Assembly: GCA_013378385.1 (NCBI GenBank)
Contig: JACAFS010000002.1
Coordinates: 6,755 to 38,754, forward strand
Source of the DNA: Nitrososphaerota archaeon
GTDB taxonomy: Archaea > Thermoproteota > Nitrososphaeria > Nitrososphaerales > UBA57
DNA length: 32,000 nt
Direction of reading: 5' to 3'
Of the stretch, positions 17,002 to 25,362 are shown piece by piece. A model generated the notes under the pieces. That model was not told the origin of the DNA. It made no database searches and saw nothing but the letters and a program-made list of their open reading frames with translations. The translations under genes were made by a program, and so were the position numbers. Position 1 is the first letter of the stretch. Each line of letters opens with the position of its first letter.

Positions 17002-17964
17002 TTAAGAGAAATCAAAATTACGGCCAATCCCTTTTTCTAACGCTTCTTGATATATTAGATTAGCAGTAGAGATATCCTCAAGAGATAAACCCATGGATTT
17101 AAACATCGTAATATCATCTTCATTAGTTCGAGCAGATTTATTTCCAAGAATAATATCAGCAAGTTCAGCAAATACGTTAGTTTCAGAGATTCCTCCAGCC
17201 TCACGAACAGCAGTATTTATTTCGTCAACAATGACCTTACTACGATTAATGGTAGTATTATCCACTTCAGAGCTCTCCTTAGTGTGAGCTCCAATACAAT
17301 TGATATGAGTTCCAGGATTAACTAGATTGCCATCAAATAATGGCGATGGAGAACTGGTCGCAGTAACCAGTATATCATTATCAAGAACTTTCTTAATATT
17401 ATGTTCTACAACAATAGGAACTTCAAGTTCAGTTTCAAGAGATTTAATGAATTCAGTTTTCTTATCGGCAGAAGGACTAGTCATGACAATACGAGATATA
17501 TTACGAACAGAACATATAGCCATCAATTGAAATCGAGATTGATATCCTGAGCCAAATATTCCAACAGATTCAGAATTTTGTTTAGATAAATATTTAGTAG
17601 CAACACCGGTGACAGCCCCAGTTCTCATTCCAGTAATAAGGGAACCATCCATTATACAGATCAATTCTCCAGTATCAGTGTCAGTGAGAGATATTATACC
17701 TTGAGTTGTAGGTTTGTTGAGTTTGATATTTTCTGGAAATACAGTTACAATTTTAGTGCCTAATGCTTTCATTCCACTCATATGAGCAGTCATAACTCCG
17801 TACCAACCATTTTTATCTTCTACAATAACAACTCCACGGTCGGTCATTTTTACATTATTTTTAGATAATTCAATGAAACTTTCTTCCATGGTTTTAATAT
17901 TAGATTCCATTGTAAGTAAGGAATCAACATCTTTATGCGAGAGTAGAAGAACCACAGTAATCAC
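17002..17964 (-). CDS. ornithine cyclodeaminase/mu-crystallin family enzyme (possibly archaeal alanine dehydrogenase type)
   Basis: N-terminal LLSHKDVDSLLTM..IKTMEESF, TGMRTGAVTGVATKYL and the Rossmann motif GIFGSGYQSRFQL. The GTG start directly follows the hisC stop. Confidence 0.8.
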   Translation of the reverse strand: MITVVLLLSHKDVDSLLTMESNIKTMEESFIELSKNNVKMTDRGVVIVEDKNGWYGVMTAHMSGMKALGTKIVTVFPENIKLNKPTTQGIISLTDTDTGELICIMDGSLITGMRTGAVTGVATKYLSKQNSESVGIFGSGYQSRFQLMAICSVRNISRIVMTSPSADKKTEFIKSLETELEVPIVVEHNIKKVLDNDILVTATSSPSPLFDGNLVNPGTHINCIGAHTKESSEVDNTTINRSKVIVDEINTAVREAGGISETNVFAELADIILGNKSARTNEDDITMFKSMGLSLEDISTANLIYQEALEKGIGRNFDFS

Positions 17965-19050
17965 TTAAACAGATACTTCTTCAATAGCTTGAATTAGTTT
18001 ATTATTTTCGTCGTGTAAACCAATGTTAATTCTTATATAATTTTCTAAGCCAGGTGTACCGCTTACATCACGCACGACAATACCTTTACGGAGTAATTTT
18101 TCATAGATATCGGCACCACCAGTATTTGTGAATTTTAATAACATAAAGTTCGATGTACTTGGAATAATATCAACGTTCTTTATTTTAGAAACTTGTTCAA
18201 TGAATAATATTTTTTCAGAGAGAATCTCTGTGACATTGTTCGCAATCCAATCAATATTATTTAAAGCGATTCTGGACAAGTTAACAGAGAGTTCGCCAAC
18301 ACTGTTAGGTGGTCTGACCTTATTCAATAAAGAGGTAGTAGAGATCGAGGAAAGCAGGTAACCAACTCTCAATCCAGCTAAACCAAAGGCTTTGGAAAAG
18401 GTCCTGACTACAATTAAATTGTCATAGAGATTTACTAAATCAGCTACAGTTTCGTTAGTAAATTCAAAATATGCTTCGTCGACAACTACAGGAACATCGG
18501 AACTAGACAAGAGTTTTTCAAGCGAGTTTTTATCTACAAGATTGCCAGTAGGATTATTTGGACTGCAGAGAATAATTAAACTGGTGTTATCGTTTATACT
18601 ATCAGAGATTTTTGTGAAGTCGTCAGAAAAATCAGAATTTCTTGTTATTTCCTTGACATTACCTCCCATAATTTGAATCATTTTCTCGTAATAGGAATAA
18701 GTCGGAGTAGAGAGAATTACATCGCTAGAAGGCTCAATAAACATTGAACCAATCATAAATAATCCTTCATCCGCGCCATTAGTTAATATTAGGTTATCGA
18801 CATTACATGAACAATAATCTGCAAGTAACTTACGGACAGAAATATATGAAGAATCAGGATATCGATTAATCTCTAGATTATTGAATTCTTTACTAAGTTC
18901 TTCGAGCCATTCAATAGGAGTTTTATGTGAAACATTAGTATCAAAACGAGTTATCTCATTAGGATTTTTTCCTATAGAATTAGCAATATCATCAGTAGAT
19001 GGTTCCCAACTATATGGAACAAAATTTTTCAAGAATTTCCTAATTTTCAT
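17965..19050 (-). CDS. hisC: histidinol-phosphate aminotransferase (class II aminotransferase)
   Basis: 361 aa with the PLP-lysine motif RTFSKAFGLAGLRVGY, plus NPNNPTG-like SPNNPTGN. Confidence 0.8.
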   Translation of the reverse strand: MKIRKFLKNFVPYSWEPSTDDIANSIGKNPNEITRFDTNVSHKTPIEWLEELSKEFNNLEINRYPDSSYISVRKLLADYCSCNVDNLILTNGADEGLFMIGSMFIEPSSDVILSTPTYSYYEKMIQIMGGNVKEITRNSDFSDDFTKISDSINDNTSLIILCSPNNPTGNLVDKNSLEKLLSSSDVPVVVDEAYFEFTNETVADLVNLYDNLIVVRTFSKAFGLAGLRVGYLLSSISTTSLLNKVRPPNSVGELSVNLSRIALNNIDWIANNVTEILSEKILFIEQVSKIKNVDIIPSTSNFMLLKFTNTGGADIYEKLLRKGIVVRDVSGTPGLENYIRINIGLHDENNKLIQAIEEVSV

Positions 19051-19091
19051 AACTTATTGTGACAATTATTATTTCTTTGTATTGTATTAAT

Positions 19092-19592
19092 TCATTTTGA
19101 GAAATTTTTATTTAAATTGATTTTAAGTAGGTCGAGATTTAGTAAAGAAGAGTGGGCAGAATGAGATACAAGTTGGTCTTCGTCAGATGTTGCACGAATA
19201 AGAGCGTCACGGGCTACTTCGTCTCCAATAGAACCCAATGCAACGGCAGATTCATGTCTAACTACATGGTCAATATCAGTAAGCATGGCTTCAATTAGAT
19301 GAGTAACACATTGTGGAAAACCTAATTGTCCGAGAGTAAATGCAGCTTCATGTCTGACAAGAGGAGTTTCGTCGTTTTTTAGAATTTCAGACAATATAGG
19401 AACAACAGAATTATCTCCAATATCGGCCAATATGCAAACACAACGTGTTCGAACAGATATACTTTCGTCTTGTTGAAGTAAATCTATAAAGAAATTAAGA
19501 TTAATTTTTTCGAAAGCCTTATCGCACTCAATTAATTTGGCGAGATCTCCATCTTTACGGGTTACCAATTGGTTCTTTTTTTGCAGTATCAT
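19092..19592 (-). CDS. HEAT-repeat protein with two His-Glu dyads (deoxyhypusine-hydroxylase-like half protein)
   Basis: Four HEAT-like repeats: VRTRCVCILADIGD, LVRHEAAFTLGQLG, VVRHESAVALGSIGD and LVSHSAHSSLLNL. 166 aa. Confidence 0.7.
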   Translation of the reverse strand: MILQKKNQLVTRKDGDLAKLIECDKAFEKINLNFFIDLLQQDESISVRTRCVCILADIGDNSVVPILSEILKNDETPLVRHEAAFTLGQLGFPQCVTHLIEAMLTDIDHVVRHESAVALGSIGDEVARDALIRATSDEDQLVSHSAHSSLLNLDLLKINLNKNFSK

Positions 19593-19652
19593 GAATATAT
19601 CAAATTGAATATAACAAAGAATTTAAATAATTAATTAAATTTTCTACATGAA

Positions 19653-20939
19653 TTAGTTTTTAGAGTAAATCATAATGTATTCGTGTGAATAGGATTTATT
19701 ATGATTAGTATCAGACGATACAAATCGGCCAGTCTTAGGATCTCTAGTTGTAGGAAGACATTTGAATGGAATTTTTCGTTTTATAATTTTGTGTTCAGTA
19801 AATCCAACAGTAGCTAATATTTCATCAAAAACTTGCGTATTTGATATATCAACTCCTCGAAGAGCAGTGTTGCCTATAACTACGGCCATTTTACCATTAG
19901 TTTTTAATAAATCGTATGATTTATGGAAGAAATTCTGCATGTCGATAAAATAGGAATAGACAGTCTTCGATAATGCTTTACTATGATCGTGTAATGAATC
20001 TGCAATCATGCCACCAGTATAACTATAGAGGTTATTGTCATCAGTCTTACGATGGGAAGAGCCAATAAAATTCTGTTTTGATGGAATATCTTTGAAGAAA
20101 TCTTGGAGAAATGATAAACTAAGTGAATGAATGTCTCGATATTCATAACTAATTACATAGGGTGGAGAAGTAACTATCAAAGAACATTCTTCGTCTTTTG
20201 GTAAATCTTGCAAATCACCCACATATACACGCCTATAATAATCAAGATTGTTAAGAATTTTTGGAGAAAGAGTATTTATCAATTGTTCATTACGAATTTC
20301 CATTTTTTTTAATTGATTAAAATAACGAGTTATCGGATCGTTTACTCGATTAAGAAATTTTGTTTTATCTTTATGAGGTTTAACGGATCCATTATTCCAA
20401 TAACTGGAAGTTTTCAGGATATGAGAAAATGCGCATAAAAAGAATAGCTGAAGTTTTCTCGGTTTAATTAATTTAATCTGTAATAAAAGATGATTAAGAA
20501 CGTCATATGTTTCTTGATCAAACCATTTTGATAGTTCTTTCGGAATATCATATTCGGATTTAGCAGGTAAATTCTTTAATTGACTGTGTAAAAAGAGTTT
20601 AGTTTTAGAAACTTTAGAAGGATCAAGTGGAGTGGTTTTTGCCATTGTAATCATATGTGCAACAGGATTAATGTCAGTGCCTAAAGCGATTCTATTCTGA
20701 AGAATAGATTCAAGAATAGTTGAACCTGAACCATAAAAAGGATCACAAATTATATCGCCATCAAGAGAATTCTCAAGTATCAAACGACGTGCTAATTGAG
20801 GTATGAATTTTGCAGGGTAGCGATGATAGCAATGTGTGAGATAATTTGTATCTTTTTGCGTAAGATTGTCAAAAGACCATGAATTTTCAGTATTAACCTT
20901 AGTAACAGGTTCAGCAAGACGTGGACGGATAATTGACAT
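19653..20939 (-). CDS. N4/N6 amino-methyltransferase (SPPY type) with a large insertion between motif I and motif IV
   Basis: HRYPAKFIPQLARRLI and DPFYGSGST (aa 66-74), then about 185 aa, then IVTSPPYVISYEY (aa 258-261). 428 aa. Confidence 0.8.
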   Translation of the reverse strand: MSIIRPRLAEPVTKVNTENSWSFDNLTQKDTNYLTHCYHRYPAKFIPQLARRLILENSLDGDIICDPFYGSGSTILESILQNRIALGTDINPVAHMITMAKTTPLDPSKVSKTKLFLHSQLKNLPAKSEYDIPKELSKWFDQETYDVLNHLLLQIKLIKPRKLQLFFLCAFSHILKTSSYWNNGSVKPHKDKTKFLNRVNDPITRYFNQLKKMEIRNEQLINTLSPKILNNLDYYRRVYVGDLQDLPKDEECSLIVTSPPYVISYEYRDIHSLSLSFLQDFFKDIPSKQNFIGSSHRKTDDNNLYSYTGGMIADSLHDHSKALSKTVYSYFIDMQNFFHKSYDLLKTNGKMAVVIGNTALRGVDISNTQVFDEILATVGFTEHKIIKRKIPFKCLPTTRDPKTGRFVSSDTNHNKSYSHEYIMIYSKN

Positions 20940-21035
20940 ACAATTATCTCGACTAAGTTGTTTTATTCATGCAAAGTCAAAATATTTTTCCATTAAAGTA
21001 AGTTTCAATTGAGTTTAATTCAGCTAACCTGAAAT

Positions 21036-21806
21036 ATGTTAAAAACAATCAAATTTTACTTGAATAGAGAAAAAATTTCAAAAGTATTAAAAAATTCTTT
21101 TAAATTAAGTTTGTATGAAGCAAAAACATACCTTAGTCTTTTAGAAGGAAATGATAATGTTAAAACAATTTCAAGAGATTCAGGAGTTCCATTACCAAGA
21201 ATTTATGATACGTTAAGAAGCTTGGAAGATAAAGGATTTGTAAAGAAAAAAAATAAGAAATACACTCCTGTTGAGCCTGAAATTGCTTTAGAAGGTCGTA
21301 TTATCAATACAAGCTATGAATTTCAGAATATTGTGAAAACACAAAAGGATTCCAAGAAAGATATTCTATCAGTGTTAAAAAAGAAACCAGCATCGGAAAA
21401 TGCTGATGTCGAATTTGAGACGTTAATTGGTGTAAACAATATTGGAAACAAATTCTTAGAGATCATGAAGGATTCAAAGAGGATAACAATCAGTGTGAAA
21501 AAAGCATTCGAAGTAAAAGAATTATTTTTAAGTTTCTTAGTAAATTCGAAAGGAAGAAATAAACAAATCACGATTTTGACTCCAAATTCGTATAAGATAT
21601 CAAAATTCGATGAAGAAATATTAAAAAAATCAAATGTAGAATTAAAGAGACGATCTTATATTTTATTGGATTTGATGGCAACAGATCAGGGAGATGTTAT
21701 AATTGGCGTACCTGATGCGTCGGGAACTCCAGAGGGTACGATTGCAATTTGGATTAAGAATAAAGAATTTGCAAAATCGTTAATGACGTCTTTAATGGAA
21801 GAATAA
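21036..21806 (+). CDS. TrmB-family transcriptional regulator
   Basis: N-terminal winged helix LSLYEAKTYLSLLEGNDNVKTISRDSGVPLPRIYDTLRSLEDKGFV, plus a TrmB-like C-terminal domain. Confidence 0.75.
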   Translation: MLKTIKFYLNREKISKVLKNSFKLSLYEAKTYLSLLEGNDNVKTISRDSGVPLPRIYDTLRSLEDKGFVKKKNKKYTPVEPEIALEGRIINTSYEFQNIVKTQKDSKKDILSVLKKKPASENADVEFETLIGVNNIGNKFLEIMKDSKRITISVKKAFEVKELFLSFLVNSKGRNKQITILTPNSYKISKFDEEILKKSNVELKRRSYILLDLMATDQGDVIIGVPDASGTPEGTIAIWIKNKEFAKSLMTSLMEE

Positions 21807-21808
21807 TA

Positions 21809-23116
21809 CTAAGAACTTGAAGTAGTTTCTTTGACTTCTGGTTCTTCAGAACGACCATACACAAAACTACCTATAGCGGCAGCTACGACTGAGAATATTA
21901 TAACAGAAATAACCAATTGTTGCATATATGGCCAATCATATCCAAGAGTTGAAGGGAGTTGAGATACTGCTGCGGCAGCTAGACCACGAGGCAGCAGCGA
22001 TGACAATAAAGGCAAATCCTTCATCATAGATTTATCTTTTTTGAGTGTAATACGAAATGATAGATTACGAGCTACAACTAATAGTCCAGTAATAAAAACT
22101 CCTAACAATATGATTTTTGTAACTGGTTCAAAGATCATACCCAAATACACGAAAAAGAATGTTGTTAAAAGAAAAGAAATCTGTCCTTGGAATTTCCTCA
22201 TAAGAGAGCCAGCGTCAACAGGATTATCTCGGAATGATGGAATGAAACCAAATTCTTTACCATTTCCAAGAACTAAACCGAAACATAATGCTGCAAGTGC
22301 TCCATTACCTCCGCTCATTTCAGAGAATCCATAGAGCATCAAACAGGTTGTTAAAGTAAGAATATCATCATGTACTACATCTTGTTGAGATGAAATTCTT
22401 CCTACTCTTGTAGGAAAGCTTTGTAGAATTTTTAGCCAAATAAGACCTCCAAGCATACCAAAAACAATTCCGATTGAGAATTTACCTGCTATTCCTTGAA
22501 GAAGAATAGAAGAGGCACCACCAGAGGTTTCAGGGTTAGAAATTCCAGATAAAATACTTAGAATTGTAACGCTGAGTACTACAACAAATACATCAGTAAA
22601 CGCAGATTCAATTGTAAGAAATGTTTCTGCTTTTTTATTTAGATTTAATTTATTAACCAATGGAATAATTACTGCAGAACTAGTTCCGCATAGTGCAGCA
22701 CCAAAGAATAATGAAGCAAGTAAAGCTTCTTGCCCAAACCACTCTCCAGCCGGGATAGTTCCCCAAGATTGGTCAAATACGAAGAAGTTAATTAGATATC
22801 CGATAACAGTGAGAACAAATATTGTAATTATTACACTTGTAGATGTAACAAAAAATCCACGTGGAGTTTCTTCAATAACTTGTCGAATTTTTAGGTACAT
22901 ACCGCCATTGAAGAGAATTACAGCAATAGCTAATGCAGAAAGATATGGTGCAATAAAATCTAAACCTGCGGTACTAGCAGTGAAGAATGCCGCAATAGAA
23001 CCCAAAATAATTAAAAACGGTGTATCTGGAATACCGGTTCTATCAAAGATATTAGATGCAATATAACCAATTATTGTAATTATTCCTATTGAAAAGAAAA
23101 CTACTTCAGTTTCCAT
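21809..23116 (-). CDS. Na+/H+ (cation:proton) antiporter, CPA1-like
   Basis: 435 aa with about 12 hydrophobic helices and an N-terminus IGYIASNIFDRTGIPDTPFLIILG typical of Na_H exchanger proteins. Confidence 0.8.
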   Translation of the reverse strand: METEVVFFSIGIITIIGYIASNIFDRTGIPDTPFLIILGSIAAFFTASTAGLDFIAPYLSALAIAVILFNGGMYLKIRQVIEETPRGFFVTSTSVIITIFVLTVIGYLINFFVFDQSWGTIPAGEWFGQEALLASLFFGAALCGTSSAVIIPLVNKLNLNKKAETFLTIESAFTDVFVVVLSVTILSILSGISNPETSGGASSILLQGIAGKFSIGIVFGMLGGLIWLKILQSFPTRVGRISSQQDVVHDDILTLTTCLMLYGFSEMSGGNGALAALCFGLVLGNGKEFGFIPSFRDNPVDAGSLMRKFQGQISFLLTTFFFVYLGMIFEPVTKIILLGVFITGLLVVARNLSFRITLKKDKSMMKDLPLLSSLLPRGLAAAAVSQLPSTLGYDWPYMQQLVISVIIFSVVAAAIGSFVYGRSEEPEVKETTSSS

Positions 23117-23164
23117 GAAATATTATTCCCCAACTATGATGAAACCAGCATTCATCATTTGTTG

Positions 23165-23701
23165 ATGAATTGCATTACATTTAAACTCTTGAAAGCATTA
23201 CAGTGTATATTGAAAATTTTCTTATTGTTACTTTTGTTATTAATCATTCCACATAGTGATGCACACATATTAGGGGGTTCACAAATAGAAGTAAATCAAG
23301 TAATTTTTCAGTTTCTAACGGACCCTGCTTTTGTTGTAGAAGATGAAGATTTCTATCTAAGTTTCAGTGTACAAGATGCAGCTACTGAAAAGGGATTAGA
23401 AAATATACAAGTAACAATTATTTTCTATGATAATAATGGAAGAATATTAGATACAATCGATGTAAAAGGAAATGAGATTATAAAAGGAGATTTTGCAATT
23501 AAATATAATTTTGAGAATGATGGCGTATATGATGTAAAGATATCGATATTAAAGGAATCAGATGCAGCAACAATCGATACACAATTCAGAATATTGGTAG
23601 CAAACAAATCGATATTAGAAGATTCCTCATTCATAATAGGAATAGTAATTACTTCAATCGTCATAGGATTGATAATAAAAAATCGAGTAATAGATAGATA
23701 A
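23165..23701 (+). CDS. secreted, C-terminally anchored beta-sandwich protein (YtkA/FixH-like), function unknown
   Basis: Signal peptide with a Leu-rich core and an SDA-H cleavage-like site. A roughly 120-aa domain follows, with the pattern FYLSFSVQDAATEKGLENIQV...GDFAIKYNFENDGVYDVKISI, then a C-terminal TM helix FIIGIVITSIVIGLII. ATG at 23165; an in-frame TTG at 23159. Confidence 0.55.
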   Translation: MNCITFKLLKALQCILKIFLLLLLLLIIPHSDAHILGGSQIEVNQVIFQFLTDPAFVVEDEDFYLSFSVQDAATEKGLENIQVTIIFYDNNGRILDTIDVKGNEIIKGDFAIKYNFENDGVYDVKISILKESDAATIDTQFRILVANKSILEDSSFIIGIVITSIVIGLIIKNRVIDR

Positions 23702-23702
23702 T

Positions 23703-24773
23703 CTAAAGTTTAGAATCTTTAAAAGCTTGAAAATCAGATTTTAGAGAATCGGGAATTTCTGAATAGACATCGGTAACCAAAGTGTCCAAACTAGGCATAG
23801 GAGAAGATTCTGCCTGGGTAATTGCTTCAGTAATTTGTCTTTCGGTTTTTTGTTGGATTTCTTGTTCAAGATCACGATTCCAGATGCCAGAATTTTCAAG
23901 ATATTTACGGAATCTTGCAATTGGGTCTTGGGATAACCAATTTTTGTATTCGACTTGATCTTGATACCGCGCTCCGTCGTCTGAAGTAGAATGTGAGGAA
24001 AGTCTATATGTTTTAGCTTCAATTAGTGTAGGACCTTTTCCTTCACGGGCTTTTTCCATAGCAGACTTAGTAGCCATATAAACGGCCAATATATCATTAC
24101 CGTCAACAACAACACCGTCAAATCCATATGCTTTAGCTTTAATTGCAATTCCATCAGAAGCAGTTTGATGAGAAATATTGGTAGAAATAGCCCATTGATT
24201 ATTTTTACAGAAGAAAACTGTAGGAGTTTTGTAAACACCTGCAAAATTAAGTCCAGCATGAAAATCATTAGATGAAGTTGCGCCGTCACCAAAATAAACA
24301 ATAGTACCAACTTTATCGTCAAGAAGTTTTGAAGCAAAGGCAGTACCGACAGCGTGAGAGATTTGCGTACCTACAGGAGCAGACGGTGGAACGAATCTTT
24401 TAGAACTGCAACCGAATAAACCTGGAAGAGATCTTCCTTTATGTTCGTCTTCAGCGCTTCCGCGCAAATGTGAAATAATAAAATTCAAGGTAACGCCTTT
24501 TAGAAGCATTGCGCCTTGTTCTCGATATGCAGGAAAGAACCAATCGTTATTTGAAACACCAAGTGCACTACCAACGGAACAAGCTTCTTCGCCATAAGAT
24601 GGTAAATAAAAACCAATACGTCCTTGTCGTTGTAAAGCAACCATTTTTGTATCAAGGGTACGTGTAAGGACCATAGTTTGATATGCTTTGATTAATTCCG
24701 CTTCAGATAGATCGATACTTACATCTTTGAGTATTTCTCCTTCTGTCGTAATACATTGTAACATGTGAGTCAT
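23703..24773 (-). CDS. 2-oxoacid dehydrogenase E1 component alpha subunit (ThDP-dependent)
   Basis: ThDP motif GDGATSSNDFHAGLNFAGVYKTPTVFFCKNN and YRLSSHSTSDD; 356 aa. Confidence 0.9.
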   Translation of the reverse strand: MTHMLQCITTEGEILKDVSIDLSEAELIKAYQTMVLTRTLDTKMVALQRQGRIGFYLPSYGEEACSVGSALGVSNNDWFFPAYREQGAMLLKGVTLNFIISHLRGSAEDEHKGRSLPGLFGCSSKRFVPPSAPVGTQISHAVGTAFASKLLDDKVGTIVYFGDGATSSNDFHAGLNFAGVYKTPTVFFCKNNQWAISTNISHQTASDGIAIKAKAYGFDGVVVDGNDILAVYMATKSAMEKAREGKGPTLIEAKTYRLSSHSTSDDGARYQDQVEYKNWLSQDPIARFRKYLENSGIWNRDLEQEIQQKTERQITEAITQAESSPMPSLDTLVTDVYSEIPDSLKSDFQAFKDSKL

Positions 24774-24918
24774 CTTTGCTAATCAGTGAAACCGGTTTTT
24801 ACAAGAATGCTTTTTAACGTTTATGATTTTTTCGACAATAGACGAAGATATAATCAAAATGGCAAGGTAGTAATTAAGATAATAACTACAAATAACAGAG
24901 ACAATTAGAATAAGATAA

Positions 24919-25203
24919 ATGTATGAGGGAAAATTAGTCAATCTTTTGGAGGCATCGCTGATAGGATATGAATTGATTTATGTAGATAAGAAAAAGAAAC
25001 TTACAAAAATTTATACAGATGAAGAATCTACGTCGTATAATGTATCTATAGCATTAGATTCAGCAAATAGAATAATAGAATTACAGATATTGCAGATAAT
25101 TTGGGGAAAAGATAATGAAGCAGAAATGACAGAATTAGATAAATTTTCAGATAAAGTAAACAAATATCTTGATTTGGATATGAAGAAGATCACAGAAATG
25201 TAA
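24919..25203 (+). CDS. hypothetical small protein
   Basis: 94-aa ORF with no recognisable motif. It ends 1 nt before the tRNA-Ser gene on the opposite strand. Confidence 0.3.
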   Translation: MYEGKLVNLLEASLIGYELIYVDKKKKLTKIYTDEESTSYNVSIALDSANRIIELQILQIIWGKDNEAEMTELDKFSDKVNKYLDLDMKKITEM

Positions 25204-25204
25204 A

Positions 25205-25314
25205 CGCCGGGAGTGGGATTTGAACCCACGAGACCCTTGCGAGTCACAAGCTTACTGAAATATATTCCAGGCTTGCGCCTTACCAGATTGTCCTTTGATC
25301 TAGACTACCCCGGC
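25205..25314 (-). tRNA. tRNA-Ser(GGA), class II, with two introns (D loop and canonical 37/38)
   Basis: The minus strand shows acceptor GCCGGGG/TCCCGGC, discriminator G, anticodon stem CAAGC/GCTTG, loop CTGGAA[TATATTTCAGTA]A, a 17-nt variable arm (GACTC-GCAA-GGGTC) and T arm GTGGG-TTCAAAT-CCCAC. A 23-nt D loop implies an extra intron of about 12-13 nt. Total 110 nt. Confidence 0.85.
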
Positions 25315-25362
25315 TATGATTCGAAGAAACACCTTACAAAGATAAAATCTTTTATGAATAAA

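Noticed and set aside
23741-24337. Two same-strand ORFs (93 and 104 aa) within the E1-alpha gene.
   Set aside because: They are alternative frames of a gene whose main frame carries the full ThDP-enzyme motif set. Their products are Leu/Lys-rich with no recognisable features.
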